This document shows positions 20,050 through 29,552 of a stretch of DNA of 64,000 nucleotides, piece by piece. Source of the DNA: Candidatus Latescibacterota bacterium (lineage in GTDB: Bacteria; Latescibacterota; UBA2968; UBA8231); the NCBI GenBank assembly GCA_965217585.1, contig OZ244561.1:2880001-2944000 (forward strand). The letters are read 5' to 3'. Position 1 is the stretch's first letter, and each line of letters begins with the position of its first letter. Made by a program: the position numbers and the translations under genes. Under the pieces are notes generated by a model, which was not told where the DNA came from, made no database searches, and saw only the letters and a list, made by a program, of their open reading frames with translations.

Positions 20050-21126
20050 ATGGGAAAACTGGAACGGAACGGGCGCGTCATCGTCGCGGAAGGGGGGAGT
20101 TGCCCCTCCCTGGAGCGCCTGAGCAACGGCGACCTGCTGGTGGCCTATCGAGACGACACCCACAGCAAGATGTGCGTGAGCGTGACGCGCTCCACCGACT
20201 GCGGCCGGACGTGGCGCAAGGAGCACACCTTCGCCTACGGTGCCTCGGCGGAGCGAGCGGACGAAGAGTTCTACGGCCATCACGGCATGGCGCAACTCGC
20301 CGACGGCACCATCCTGCTGCCCTACAACGTGTACGGAACCAGCTACAGCGGCATCTACAACCGCACCGTGTGCGTGCGCAAGTCGGTGGATCAGGGGGCC
20401 ACCTGGTCGGAGCCGATCGCGGTGATTCCCGGCTCGGGCCCGGCTGCCGGCTGGGCGTCGGCGGTTTCCTACGGCAAGATCCTCACCCTCCACGACGGCA
20501 CCGTGATCCTGCCGATCATCGGCCGCCACGGGTTCCTGACCTCCAGCGATGGCGGCGAGACTTGGGAGCGCTACGTCACGGCCGCCTGTGATCGCTACTC
20601 GGGCGACGAAGCCGACTTTCTGCAGCTCCCGAGCGGCCGCATTCTGTGCGTGAACCGCGATCCCTCCAACACCCACGGGCACGGGGTCGGACCGCTGTTC
20701 TGCAACTGGAGTGACGACAACGGCACCACCTGGAGCAGCCACGAAATGGTGGGCTGGTCCGACCCGCGCTACGGCCACTCCCCGGCGCTGTTTCTCACCA
20801 AGACCGGCACTGTAGTCTGCGGCTACCGGCACGTGGCCGAGATGGACCACCTGCACATCGGCAGCGTGGCGTTCTGTTACGTCAAGGAGGAGGGGCTGGA
20901 TTGGAGCGGCGAAACCCACATTTATGGTGGCCCCATGTACCTCTCGTTCCTGATGCGGTTCGAAGCCATGGGGCAGGGCTACCCCAGCTTCGCCTACGCC
21001 GCCGACGAGCGCATCTTGGTGGTGCACCACAACCAGCCGCCGCCGGCGGTCGGGGAGCGCGACATCGAGGGCGTGTTCTACGTGGAGCGGGACGAGGAGC
21101 CCGCTTGGCGCGGCGACGTGGGCTAA
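20050..21126 (+). CDS. Sialidase-like / BNR Asp-box beta-propeller protein
   Basis: Asp-boxes STDCGRTW, SVDQGATW, SSDGGETW, SDDNGTTW; GGAGGAG RBS. Confidence 0.85.
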   Translation: MGKLERNGRVIVAEGGSCPSLERLSNGDLLVAYRDDTHSKMCVSVTRSTDCGRTWRKEHTFAYGASAERADEEFYGHHGMAQLADGTILLPYNVYGTSYSGIYNRTVCVRKSVDQGATWSEPIAVIPGSGPAAGWASAVSYGKILTLHDGTVILPIIGRHGFLTSSDGGETWERYVTAACDRYSGDEADFLQLPSGRILCVNRDPSNTHGHGVGPLFCNWSDDNGTTWSSHEMVGWSDPRYGHSPALFLTKTGTVVCGYRHVAEMDHLHIGSVAFCYVKEEGLDWSGETHIYGGPMYLSFLMRFEAMGQGYPSFAYAADERILVVHHNQPPPAVGERDIEGVFYVERDEEPAWRGDVG

Positions 21127-21140
21127 GAAGGACTCTTACT

Positions 21141-22088
21141 ATGGCAAGTCAATTTCTCATAGATGGTGACCTGTTCGTCGAAGTGGTAGACAACAACGAC
21201 GGAGGAGGTTTTCCTCAGAAACGGGTTGATGAACTCTCCCAAGCGAACAGGAAAGGGCGTTTTGACAACATCGCCTTCCCTTTTGAACGGGCGAACGGTT
21301 ACAACGGTGTGCGCCAACTCTACAGCCGACGCGGCCCACAGGAGAACATTTTCCGGTCATCTTGGGCAAGTAGCCTCAATTTTGAGTTCATCTATGACCG
21401 GTCCGGCAGGTCAATGATTCCCCGTTGGCTTGGCGGCAAACTCGGAACTCCGCCAACGCCAAGCCAACTCACTCGGCTTGATGACAACTCGGTCCAATTG
21501 ACGACCGCTATCCCCGAACCCCATCGCATTGAGGTCAGCACGACCTTTACCCTCGTTCCACCGCATTACATTGATTTGGAAACCACATGCGTTGCCCATC
21601 CCGACGCTTTCGAGGGGGATTGGCTAGGGCTATTCTGGGCGAGTTATATCCACAACCCCGAAGACAAGACCACCTACTTCCTCGGCCGTCCAGACGAAAA
21701 TAGCCCCGAACAATGGATTGAATCGCTAATGGAACAACCACTGAACGCGCGTGTCTTTGCGAGTGAAGCCGATACGCTAGTCCAGGATGAACCCAATCCA
21801 GATGGTGGCTTGTTCCACAACATCCGCCCCATCCGATATGTCCATCCGTTCTTTTACGGATGCTGGCGCAATATGATGTTCGAACTGATGTTCAAGAGCA
21901 CCGATTCCCTTCGATTCGCGATTCAGCCAACAGGCGGCGGACTGACAAATCCAGCGTGGGACTTTGCCATCCTCATAAAGAATTGCCAACCGTTGACCCA
22001 CTATACCTTCAGTGCCCGTGTGGTCTTCAAGCCATTTGTGAGCCGTGAAGACGCATGGGAAGAGTATCAGAACTGGGTGGCCGATTAG
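21141..22088 (+). CDS. Hypothetical protein, possibly galactose mutarotase-like beta-sandwich
   Basis: Start at MASQFLIDG after AAGGA; aromatic-rich beta-strand pattern (GLFWASY, NPAWDF); fold is a guess. Confidence 0.6.
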   Translation: MASQFLIDGDLFVEVVDNNDGGGFPQKRVDELSQANRKGRFDNIAFPFERANGYNGVRQLYSRRGPQENIFRSSWASSLNFEFIYDRSGRSMIPRWLGGKLGTPPTPSQLTRLDDNSVQLTTAIPEPHRIEVSTTFTLVPPHYIDLETTCVAHPDAFEGDWLGLFWASYIHNPEDKTTYFLGRPDENSPEQWIESLMEQPLNARVFASEADTLVQDEPNPDGGLFHNIRPIRYVHPFFYGCWRNMMFELMFKSTDSLRFAIQPTGGGLTNPAWDFAILIKNCQPLTHYTFSARVVFKPFVSREDAWEEYQNWVAD

Positions 22089-22133
22089 CCCCTTAACAAT
22101 CGGGAATTATATACAATAGTGCCCAAACACTAA

Positions 22134-22166
22134 AACGGCCTAGCTCTCACTCAGAGCTAGGCCGTT
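22134..22166 (-). terminator. Intrinsic terminator of the TA cassette operon
   Basis: 14-bp stem aacggcctagctct / agagctaggccgtt with 5-nt loop; short T-run on the minus strand. Confidence 0.7.
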
Positions 22167-22397
22167 CATTTTCTGAATAGTTATTTATTTAGCCCCGACC
22201 CTATCGGGTTTTGGGTATAGGTCTTCCCCACAGTATCGGCGCTTCTTGGTCCCCAGCTCTAGCGCCGCGGCACAGAATATGCCGGACCAGATAGGCCGCC
22301 GGAGTAAGGCTGAAGGCTGTTATAAGCCTCCGGCGGCAAAGTATTCCCATCGCCCTTTCTCTACAATAAGTTATACCAGAAAAGGAGGAGATTAATC

Positions 22398-22751
22398 TTA
22401 ACATGTATACAACACAGCATTTCCTATATTAACACGAAGCAATTTCCTCAACATATTTGACACATCACGGATGCCTTGGTCAATGTTGCGAGCTTGGCGA
22501 CAAAAATCCGGATCAACGGTACAAACGACAATCCCAAAGTGATTGCAGTCTTCTTTATGCAGAGCTATAAAGTCTTTGCGATTGAGGGTAAGAACGGCCC
22601 GGCCCTGCGTGCGTGCGAAACACAGAACATCTTCATCATCTAAACCTTGATTACCTACTTCTTGAGTAGTCAATACATCGTATCCAAACCCGCGAAGCCC
22701 ATTAACTACCGGTAACGGAAAATTCTCATTAGAGTACAGTCTTCTTACCAT
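22398..22751 (-). CDS. DUF5615 PIN-like toxin
   Basis: LYSNENFP...GYDVLT...DDEDVL...RAVLTLNRKDF...HFGIV pattern; downstream of DUF433. Confidence 0.85.
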   Translation of the reverse strand: MVRRLYSNENFPLPVVNGLRGFGYDVLTTQEVGNQGLDDEDVLCFARTQGRAVLTLNRKDFIALHKEDCNHFGIVVCTVDPDFCRQARNIDQGIRDVSNMLRKLLRVNIGNAVLYTC

Positions 22752-22755
22752 GTGC

Positions 22756-23064
22756 TTAAGCCGATTCGTTATCAGCAATCTGCTGGTCGATCTCTGTCTG
22801 GTTGTATCGGTAATAATTCAAAGCATTTTTTAGGTCTCTCTCCTCCAAAGTAGGAAATGCAGATAGCAGTTCCTTTTCGTCGATGCCTAGTTTATGGTAC
22901 TGCACCAAAACCCAAATCGGAATCCGGCTGCCCTCGATGCAGGCCGCTCCCCCACAGACACCAGGAGTTTTATGAATCCCGAGATACGTATAGGAGTAAA
23001 TAGAATCCGGAAAAGAAGAAAGTGAATCTAAAAAATCGCTCGAAACATGAGAAGATACCATCAC
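22756..23064 (-). CDS. DUF433 antitoxin
   Basis: IHKTPGVCGGAACIEGSRIPIW...ELLSAFPTL...NALNYY. Confidence 0.88.
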   Translation of the reverse strand: MMVSSHVSSDFLDSLSSFPDSIYSYTYLGIHKTPGVCGGAACIEGSRIPIWVLVQYHKLGIDEKELLSAFPTLEERDLKNALNYYRYNQTEIDQQIADNESA

Positions 23065-23330
23065 GAATTCTCCCTCCTTAATTCATCAGGAGTTTTAGAG
23101 ACAAATACCGCCAGTTGGCTCCTAACGTTATACATTGGATTGCCGTCAGTATCCCAATGATCGTCAAGGCGGACCACCTGTAAGATGGACGGCTTGACTC
23201 TTAGAATTGTCCCATCCTCAAGATGAACCTCAAAAGAAGCAAAAGAATCCGACCCAACCAAGGCGGTTACATTAATCTCTGTCCCCTCTAATTTCCCAAA
23301 CGCACTCTGTATCGTTACTTTCTTGGCCAT
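23061..23330 (-). CDS. Small hypothetical protein, first gene of the TA operon
   Basis: AGGAG RBS then MAKKVTIQ; LEDGTILRVK...DGNPMYNV; stop overlaps the DUF433 start. Confidence 0.7.
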   Translation of the reverse strand: MAKKVTIQSAFGKLEGTEINVTALVGSDSFASFEVHLEDGTILRVKPSILQVVRLDDHWDTDGNPMYNVRSQLAVFVSKTPDELRRENS

Positions 23331-23633
23331 AGTATGTCTCCTCTTACACGTCATTTGTTCCCCGACCCAGTCACGGATCATTATAGCTATTGTACCACAA
23401 AAGCATCTTGTCAACAACTGTCTAGACAGCCTACGACTATTTGAATACCTACCGTCCAACCGAATACTTACGACATAGCTAGAAGGTGCCACCTAGGCGG
23501 CACCTTCCCAATGATAGATCCTCGTAACCCTCAAGAAGATCAAAGAGTTATGAAATATTGGGCACTATTGTATATAATTCCCTAACAATACCCGCAATCG
23601 CTCCAAGGTGCCGGTTGCGCGTTGTACTCGGAC

Positions 23634-24641
23634 CTACCGCATTTCCGCCAGCGAGACCGTCCTGTGTTCCCTGGCCGAAACCGAGACGGCTGCGGCAATT
23701 TCGACATCCAGCAGGGCATCTGCTGGAGGATTGCGGGCCTCGCGGCGGCTCTCTATGGCATCGAGGAAGGCGGCTGCCTGCCGGACAAGCGGAGACGGCT
23801 CGTTCGCAAAAGCGCGAACCTCGGAACGGCCCCGATGAAAAACGGTAATGGAATCCTTGCCGGGCGGGCTGTCGGCATTGGGCAGGATTCCGCCCTCGGC
23901 GCAGACAAATCGCGGCTGTGGGTCGGGCATGCCCTCCGGGCCGATATAACTGGCCGTGGCCGCAGCGAAGGCACCGTTTTCAAATCCGATCAGGGCCCCG
24001 CATGTCTCCTCCACTACGTGACCGGGAGCCGTATTTCGCATCCGATTGGCCATCGCGGACACGGTGGTCGGCCTGCCGAGAATCCAGCGGACGGCATTGA
24101 GATAGCAGTAACTCATGTGGGTCAGCGGCATCCCCCCACTCGCCTCCTGGTCATAGTACCACCCGTCCGGGTCCGGGTTCCACAGGGCCATGGTCACGGC
24201 CATCACCGGCACCCCCAGTTCCCTTCCCGCCACCAAGCGCCGGATCTCCTCCCAGGCAGGGTCGTAACGGCGCTGGAACCCGGCCTCCACAATCCGACTG
24301 TTCCGGGCCGCCATTTCTACGATCTGGTGCCCATTTTCCATACTCGAAGCTAGACATCCGCCCACGAGGAGGTCGTAACCGGCATCCAATGCCCAAATGG
24401 AGACCTCATCCTGAACGCGATGCGGAACCTCGATTAGGATCGCGTCCGGTCCGGCCTCCCCCAATCGGCGAAAGTCATCGCAGAAAACGTCGCACCCCAA
24501 CTCAGCCGCGCAGCTTGCAGCACGCTGTGTGCGCCGGGCGGCGACGCCGCAGATTTCCGCACGGCCGGTGTCCAGCAACGCCCTGCCCCGCGCCTGGGCC
24601 ATGTTTCCGGCTCCCACAATCGCTATTCGCTGTTTCGGCAT
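23634..24641 (-). CDS. Gfo/Idh/MocA-family oxidoreductase
   Basis: RIAIVGAGNMA Rossmann motif; GFQRRYDP; SGG...H; atypical GGCLA in place of EKP. Confidence 0.85.
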   Translation of the reverse strand: MPKQRIAIVGAGNMAQARGRALLDTGRAEICGVAARRTQRAASCAAELGCDVFCDDFRRLGEAGPDAILIEVPHRVQDEVSIWALDAGYDLLVGGCLASSMENGHQIVEMAARNSRIVEAGFQRRYDPAWEEIRRLVAGRELGVPVMAVTMALWNPDPDGWYYDQEASGGMPLTHMSYCYLNAVRWILGRPTTVSAMANRMRNTAPGHVVEETCGALIGFENGAFAAATASYIGPEGMPDPQPRFVCAEGGILPNADSPPGKDSITVFHRGRSEVRAFANEPSPLVRQAAAFLDAIESRREARNPPADALLDVEIAAAVSVSAREHRTVSLAEMR

Positions 24642-24827
24642 TGTGCTAGCGCTCCCGTTTTTGAGTTTAATTCCCGCCGCAGCGAATCCTTGCCGTCGAC
24701 GCTTATGCCCATTTCGATCCTCAATCGGTTCGTTTAAGGCGAAACCGGTACTGGGTCTCTTTCATCGGCAGCCGGAAGGGGTGCGTTGATTGCTAACGGT
24801 TTTCTTAATCTCATAAAATATGAAAAG

Positions 24828-24910
24828 TGCGCCCTTCGTGTTCCGGATTGAACCTGATACGGGCCGCAACCGTGCCCGCCGCAACCAGACCGTACTGGGA
24901 GTCCTGTCGA
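24828..24910. repeat. Dispersed ~80-bp repeat, copy B
   Basis: tgcgcccttcgtgttccggattgaacctgatacgggccg...gcaaccagaccgtactgggagtcctgtcga aligns with 19848-19929. Confidence 0.85.
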
Positions 24911-24995
24911 CATGATCGGTTTCATACAATATATGTAGTTGACAACTGACTGAAAATCATTTAATTAATGATGGAAGGTCGGTTGCAAACTGGTT

Positions 24996-26171
24996 ATGAT
25001 CATGTTGTTCACGTATCGTACTCTAGACAATGAAGAGAAGCGGGTAGAAGAAGCTACGGCTCGCCTACGAGCCGACCTGCGTCACTACGTCGCTACGGAG
25101 CCGCGCCGCTGGACGGGCTTGTTAGCCCGTATGACCCGGGCCCGCGCCCTTGCCGGATCCAATAGCATAGAAGGCATCAATGTGTCCGATGATGACGCCA
25201 TCGCCGCGATTGACCGTGAAGATCCCGCCAACACTGACCGTGACACATGGCAGGCTGTCGTCGGCTACCGCGAAGCAATGGACTACATCCTCCAGCGCCG
25301 CAAGAGCCCGTCCTTCATGATCACCGAGGATGTGCTCTTGGCCGTCCATTTCATGATCTGCCAGTCAGACTTGCAAGCAAATCCGGGTCAGTACCGCCCC
25401 GGGTGGGTCGGTGTACGAAACACCAGAACCGGTGAATTGGTCCACGAGGGAGTGGATCGCGACCAATTGGAGCCCCTCATCCACGAGCTTCTAGACTACG
25501 TGAACAACGAGCAAGTCGATTCGGTCTTCCCGCGCGCTGCCATGACACACCTGAACTTGGCGATGCTGCATCCATTTACGGATGGTAACGGGCGGACTGC
25601 CAGATGTATCCACACTGCGGTATTGGCCAGTGACGGGATCGTCGCGCCAACATTCTCTTCAATTGAAGAGTACATCGGCCACAATCAACAAAAATATTAC
25701 GACGTATTAGCGGAGGTCGGAGGGGGTGCATGGCAACCAGCGCGCGACGCTAAGCCGTGGATTCGCTTCTGCTTAACTGGTCACTATATGCAAGCGCAAA
25801 CACTGCTCCGTCGGATGCGAGAATTGGAAAGGCTTTATGCAGAGCTCTCGGATTTGGTAATTGCCAACGGACTACCCGACCGCACGGCTTTGGCCCTCAT
25901 TCAGGCTGCCTTTGGCGGTAGAGTGCGAAACTCGTCCTATCGGGTAAGCGCGGATGTGTCCAAGAATCTCGCTAGCCGTGATCTGAAGGTGCTCGTGGAT
26001 ACAGGACTTCTAGTTCCCGCGGGAGAACGGCGTGGACGGTTCTACATTGCGGCCCCCATTGTGGCGGAAATTCATCAGAAGTTGCGGCTTCCCAAGAAGG
26101 TTGACGATCCTTTTGCCGAGGGCGGGCTGGCTCACGCTCCGCAGCAGAGCCTATTCCCGGAGATCACCTGA
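24996..26171 (+). CDS. Fic-family protein with C-terminal winged HTH
   Basis: Canonical HPFTDGNGRTAR motif; N-terminal SNSIEG inhibitory motif; ASRDLKVLV HTH-like tail. Confidence 0.9.
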   Translation: MIMLFTYRTLDNEEKRVEEATARLRADLRHYVATEPRRWTGLLARMTRARALAGSNSIEGINVSDDDAIAAIDREDPANTDRDTWQAVVGYREAMDYILQRRKSPSFMITEDVLLAVHFMICQSDLQANPGQYRPGWVGVRNTRTGELVHEGVDRDQLEPLIHELLDYVNNEQVDSVFPRAAMTHLNLAMLHPFTDGNGRTARCIHTAVLASDGIVAPTFSSIEEYIGHNQQKYYDVLAEVGGGAWQPARDAKPWIRFCLTGHYMQAQTLLRRMRELERLYAELSDLVIANGLPDRTALALIQAAFGGRVRNSSYRVSADVSKNLASRDLKVLVDTGLLVPAGERRGRFYIAAPIVAEIHQKLRLPKKVDDPFAEGGLAHAPQQSLFPEIT

Positions 26172-26442
26172 CTTCGAACCCCCGGGGTGATCCGCTTGTT
26201 GCGGCTAGACTCACGACGGACTTGGCAGTTCGCTTGATATCCCGGGTTCTCCCGGGGTCCGGCAACTCTCCCGACATGGCGTGTTCCGGCACCCGGGGTC
26301 GGTTCGGCGGCAGGCCGGAACTCGCACTTGACCGGTGCAAGGAGGCAGCCACAGCTTGGTGCCAGAGGCACGGCGCTGGCTGCGCAAACTGGTCAAAATG
26401 CTCCAAGAATAACCCACAACCCCCACCGGAGGTTGAATATCC

Positions 26443-26889
26443 ATGGACTTGCAATCCATCCTAGATATTGTGCAGGAATTAAGGAATTGGACTCCAATCT
26501 TGATAAAGGAGAAGGGAGATAACGCAGCTGAGGAAGGGGACAAACGGGGAAAATACCCGGAGCTACTGAATGAACTTGAGGAGCACCTGCAGCCCCTGCA
26601 GCGCCTATTTACCCTTCAACAAGAGAATCTGTCCCTCCTGAGTGAAATCCGAGAGCTTCGTGAAAGAATATCCCAATATGAACGACAGGAAAGGAACCGA
26701 AGCGAATACGAAGAGAAGCAGATTGGCAAGGGTATGGTTGTTATAAAAAAGGGAACGGATAGTCCTTGGTTCTGCCTATCATGCTATGATAAAGATGTTC
26801 GTGCAATCCTCAATGAGCTTCCGGTTAGTTTTCGTCGCTTCGCTACCCATACCTGCTCAACCTGCCAGACGCATTACCAGCTCGAATAA
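26443..26889 (+). CDS. Hypothetical coiled-coil plus Zn-ribbon protein
   Basis: GGAGG upstream; coiled-coil; CLSC...CSTC. Confidence 0.65.
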   Translation: MDLQSILDIVQELRNWTPILIKEKGDNAAEEGDKRGKYPELLNELEEHLQPLQRLFTLQQENLSLLSEIRELRERISQYERQERNRSEYEEKQIGKGMVVIKKGTDSPWFCLSCYDKDVRAILNELPVSFRRFATHTCSTCQTHYQLE

Positions 26890-27086
26890 AACCTCGGGGG
26901 AATTACACCCCACAGAAGCACAGGCTGACTGAGAAAGATCCACCCGCCAAGCGAAGAACCCCGGAATATTTTCTATACGTTGACCATCGATACGTTGCTA
27001 CCGCTGCTTTTGGGTGCAACGGGCGTATCCCTTCTCCGCGACGACGCGTAAGAGAGTGATAGGAAAACGATTGGAGACGCATCTTA

Positions 27087-28313
27087 ATGTATCCGTTTGG
27101 AGACAATGACTTCTATTTAGTATCTCGTCATATTATTGACAAGATAACGGCAGAGATACAGTCGCTTGAGAACGACTACGTTTTGAAGGCTTCTCCTATT
27201 GAACTGGAACAATACTACGTTGAGAAGACAAGGATAGATCCATTAGTCCTCAATGTGGAAAATCGATATATCAAGGATCAAACGGGCGTTCATATTGATG
27301 TGAGTCATGATATTCGAAGGGCTATTTTTCCTAGTCAGAGAGCAGTTATTAAGGGAACGAGACTTGACATTGCCATTCCCTTTGAAGGCTATCCTGGCCT
27401 TTGGAAAATCCGGGCGTCTGCATTTAGTGTAAGTGGTTATCCTGAGATTGATATCCGTGGAAACGAGGTAATCTTTGGCGTTAGTTTTCCCGACGACTCT
27501 GCGGATCAGGAAAGTCTTCGATCTGAAATCGAACGAGGGATAGATTCGCTCTCGAACGCCGTTGGTAATCTCAAGACAGAAGTGGACAGTCACAATAATT
27601 CGGCTCCTAAAAAAATTCGGCAAGTTCTCGCAAGAAAAAGGGAACTTGCACAGTCGGTAGTAGGTGCCGTCGCGTCTCTAGGGATTCCAATGAAGAGAAG
27701 TGAGACTCAGCCCATCTTCAATATCCCTACTAAGCGACGGCAGACACCGATAAAGCGTCCTACAGTTGCGACAGGTAAGTATGAACCGGAACCAACCCTT
27801 GATGAGGAAGAATACAAACACATTTTAGAAATACTGAGAAGCATGGCGCTTGTCATCGAGCGCAACCCATCTTCCTTTGCGTCTCTTAACGAAGAAGCAA
27901 TAAGGGATCATTTTCTTCTTCAACTCAATGGTCATTATGAAGGTGGTGCTACCGGAGAAACATTCAACGCTGAAGGAAAGACGGACATACTCATTAGAGC
28001 GGACAATAGAAATGTATTCATTGGAGAATGTAAATTCTGGCGTGGTCCAGCATCCTTCAATCAGGCAATTGATCAACTCTTAGGCTATCTGACATGGCGT
28101 GATTCCAAGTGTGCTTTGTTAATTTTTAATAAAACAAAAGACCTGAATGCCGTTCGTATGAAGTCGCACGAGGTAATGGAGACGAGATCTGAATATCGCA
28201 GAACAGTGTTTAGAGACGAATCTGGCGACTCTCGGTATGTTCTCGTAAAGGACTCTGACCCTGGACGCGAGATTACCGTAACAGTCCAGGTGTATGATGT
28301 GCCAAGCCCGTAA
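27087..28313 (+). CDS. Hypothetical protein with C-terminal PD-(D/E)XK nuclease domain
   Basis: EEAIRDHF...GETFNAEGKTDILIR...FIGECKFW; AT-rich relative to flanks. Confidence 0.7.
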   Translation: MYPFGDNDFYLVSRHIIDKITAEIQSLENDYVLKASPIELEQYYVEKTRIDPLVLNVENRYIKDQTGVHIDVSHDIRRAIFPSQRAVIKGTRLDIAIPFEGYPGLWKIRASAFSVSGYPEIDIRGNEVIFGVSFPDDSADQESLRSEIERGIDSLSNAVGNLKTEVDSHNNSAPKKIRQVLARKRELAQSVVGAVASLGIPMKRSETQPIFNIPTKRRQTPIKRPTVATGKYEPEPTLDEEEYKHILEILRSMALVIERNPSSFASLNEEAIRDHFLLQLNGHYEGGATGETFNAEGKTDILIRADNRNVFIGECKFWRGPASFNQAIDQLLGYLTWRDSKCALLIFNKTKDLNAVRMKSHEVMETRSEYRRTVFRDESGDSRYVLVKDSDPGREITVTVQVYDVPSP

Positions 28314-28433
28314 ATTTCCGCCCGCCCGGTGTCCAGCAACGCCCGGCCCCGTGCCCGGGCCATGTTCCCGGCTCCCACAATCGCTATTCGCTGTTTCGGC
28401 ATTGTGCTGCCGCTCCCGTTCTTTGAGTTTAAT
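28314..28433 (-). pseudogene. Duplicated 5' fragment of the Gfo/Idh/MocA gene
   Basis: ~120-bp direct repeat of 24553-24671 encoding MPKQRIAIVGAGNMARARGRALLDTGRAEI plus upstream sequence. Confidence 0.9.
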
Positions 28434-28560
28434 CGCCCCGGATTTGCCGGAGGCTCCATTTCTTGAGAAACTTGGAGCTATGTCAAAACAAAATAGATAT
28501 TCCCCAGAAGTTTGCGAGCGTGATAATGCGCTGGCCGAGGCCATCATCGGGTTGTATACC
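28429..28560 (+). mobile_element. IS3-family remnant with large internal deletion
   Basis: Left-end-like ttaatcgccccggatttgccggaggctcc; OrfA-like start MSKQNRYSPEVCER (ATG 28480) fused to the OrfB integrase motif DNALAEAIIGLY. Confidence 0.75.
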
Positions 28561-28571
28561 AGGAGGAGAGC

Positions 28572-29552
28572 ATGGAATACGTCAAGTTCGGCCGTTCCGG
28601 CCTGAAGGTGTCGCGCCTGGCCTACGGCCTGGGCCTGCGCGGACAGGAGGACGCCAGCGAGGCCGAGCGCGCCATCGAGCGGGCCGTCGAGTTGGGGATC
28701 AACTTCATCGACTGCGCCAACATCTACGGTTTCGGGGACGTGTACGAGACCCGCGGCACGTCGGAGCAGGTCCTATCGCGCGTCCTCAGGCGGCACCGCG
28801 ACGACCTCGTGGTCACCTCGAAGGTGGCCAGCCGCGTCGGCGACGGGCCCAACGATGCCGGTCTGTCGCGCTATCACATCCTGCGGGAGATCGACCGCAC
28901 CTTGGCCCGCCTCGAGACGGATCACATCGACGTCTACATCCTGCACATGTACGACGATGAGACCCCCCTCGAGGAGACGCTGCGCGCCCTAGACGACGTG
29001 GTGCGCGCCGGCAAGACACGTTACGTGGGCGTCTCCAACTTCCAGGTCTGGCAGGTGCTCAAGGCGCTGTGGACGCAGGACCGCCTCGGGCTCGATCCCC
29101 TGCTCTGCATCCAGAACCCCTACAACCTCCTCAACCGAGAACTGGAGCGTGAGATGTGGCCGGCGCAGCGCGACCAAGGCTTTGGGGTCATGACCTACAG
29201 CCCCCTGGGCGTGGGCCTGCTCTCCGGCGCGTATACCCCCGGAGAGCCGCCGCCGGACGGCACCCTGTACGCCTCCCGGCGCGCTGGCGACCTAGAGCAG
29301 GACCTCAACGAGGCGGTGCGCCGGACCCTGGAGATCTTGCGGCAGATCGCCGACGCCCACGGTCGCACCGTGGCGCAGACGGCGATCAACTGGGTGCTCT
29401 CTCACCCCGAGGTGACGGCGGCCATCACCGGCGGCGATACGGCCGCCCACATGGAGGAGAACGCCGGCGCGGTGGGCTGGTCGATCACCGCGGAGGACCG
29501 GGCCCGTCTCGACGAGGCCTCGGCCGGCCAGGATCGCGTCCTAGACGTCTGA
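28572..29552 (+). CDS. Aldo/keto reductase
   Basis: GRSGLKVSRL, FIDCANIY, VTSKV, IDVYILH, VGVSNF, YSPLGVGLL. Confidence 0.92.
   Translation: MEYVKFGRSGLKVSRLAYGLGLRGQEDASEAERAIERAVELGINFIDCANIYGFGDVYETRGTSEQVLSRVLRRHRDDLVVTSKVASRVGDGPNDAGLSRYHILREIDRTLARLETDHIDVYILHMYDDETPLEETLRALDDVVRAGKTRYVGVSNFQVWQVLKALWTQDRLGLDPLLCIQNPYNLLNRELEREMWPAQRDQGFGVMTYSPLGVGLLSGAYTPGEPPPDGTLYASRRAGDLEQDLNEAVRRTLEILRQIADAHGRTVAQTAINWVLSHPEVTAAITGGDTAAHMEENAGAVGWSITAEDRARLDEASAGQDRVLDV

Larger units (their letters stand above)
22102..23582. mobile_element. Non-autonomous TIR cassette (IS1595-like ends) carrying a TA operon
   Basis: Perfect 25-bp inverted repeats gggaattatatacaatagtgcccaa (22102-22126) / ttgggcactattgtatataattccc (23558-23582); 8-bp flanking duplication taacaatc / taacaata (7/8); AT-rich interior; no transposase ORF. 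Confidence 0.8.

Noticed and set aside
18647-21030. Long antisense ORFs (332 aa, 415 aa and many similar ones across the window)
   Set aside because: Typical stop-poor reverse frames of GC-rich genes with no recognisable motifs.
22201-22404. 67-aa ORF inside the TIR cassette as a transposase remnant
   Set aside because: Only a faint resemblance (LTPAAYLVR); no DDE motif can be supported.
26172-26440. tRNA or structured ncRNA after the Fic gene (ttcgaacccc)
   Set aside because: No cloverleaf or recognisable RNA family could be built around the T-loop-like motif.
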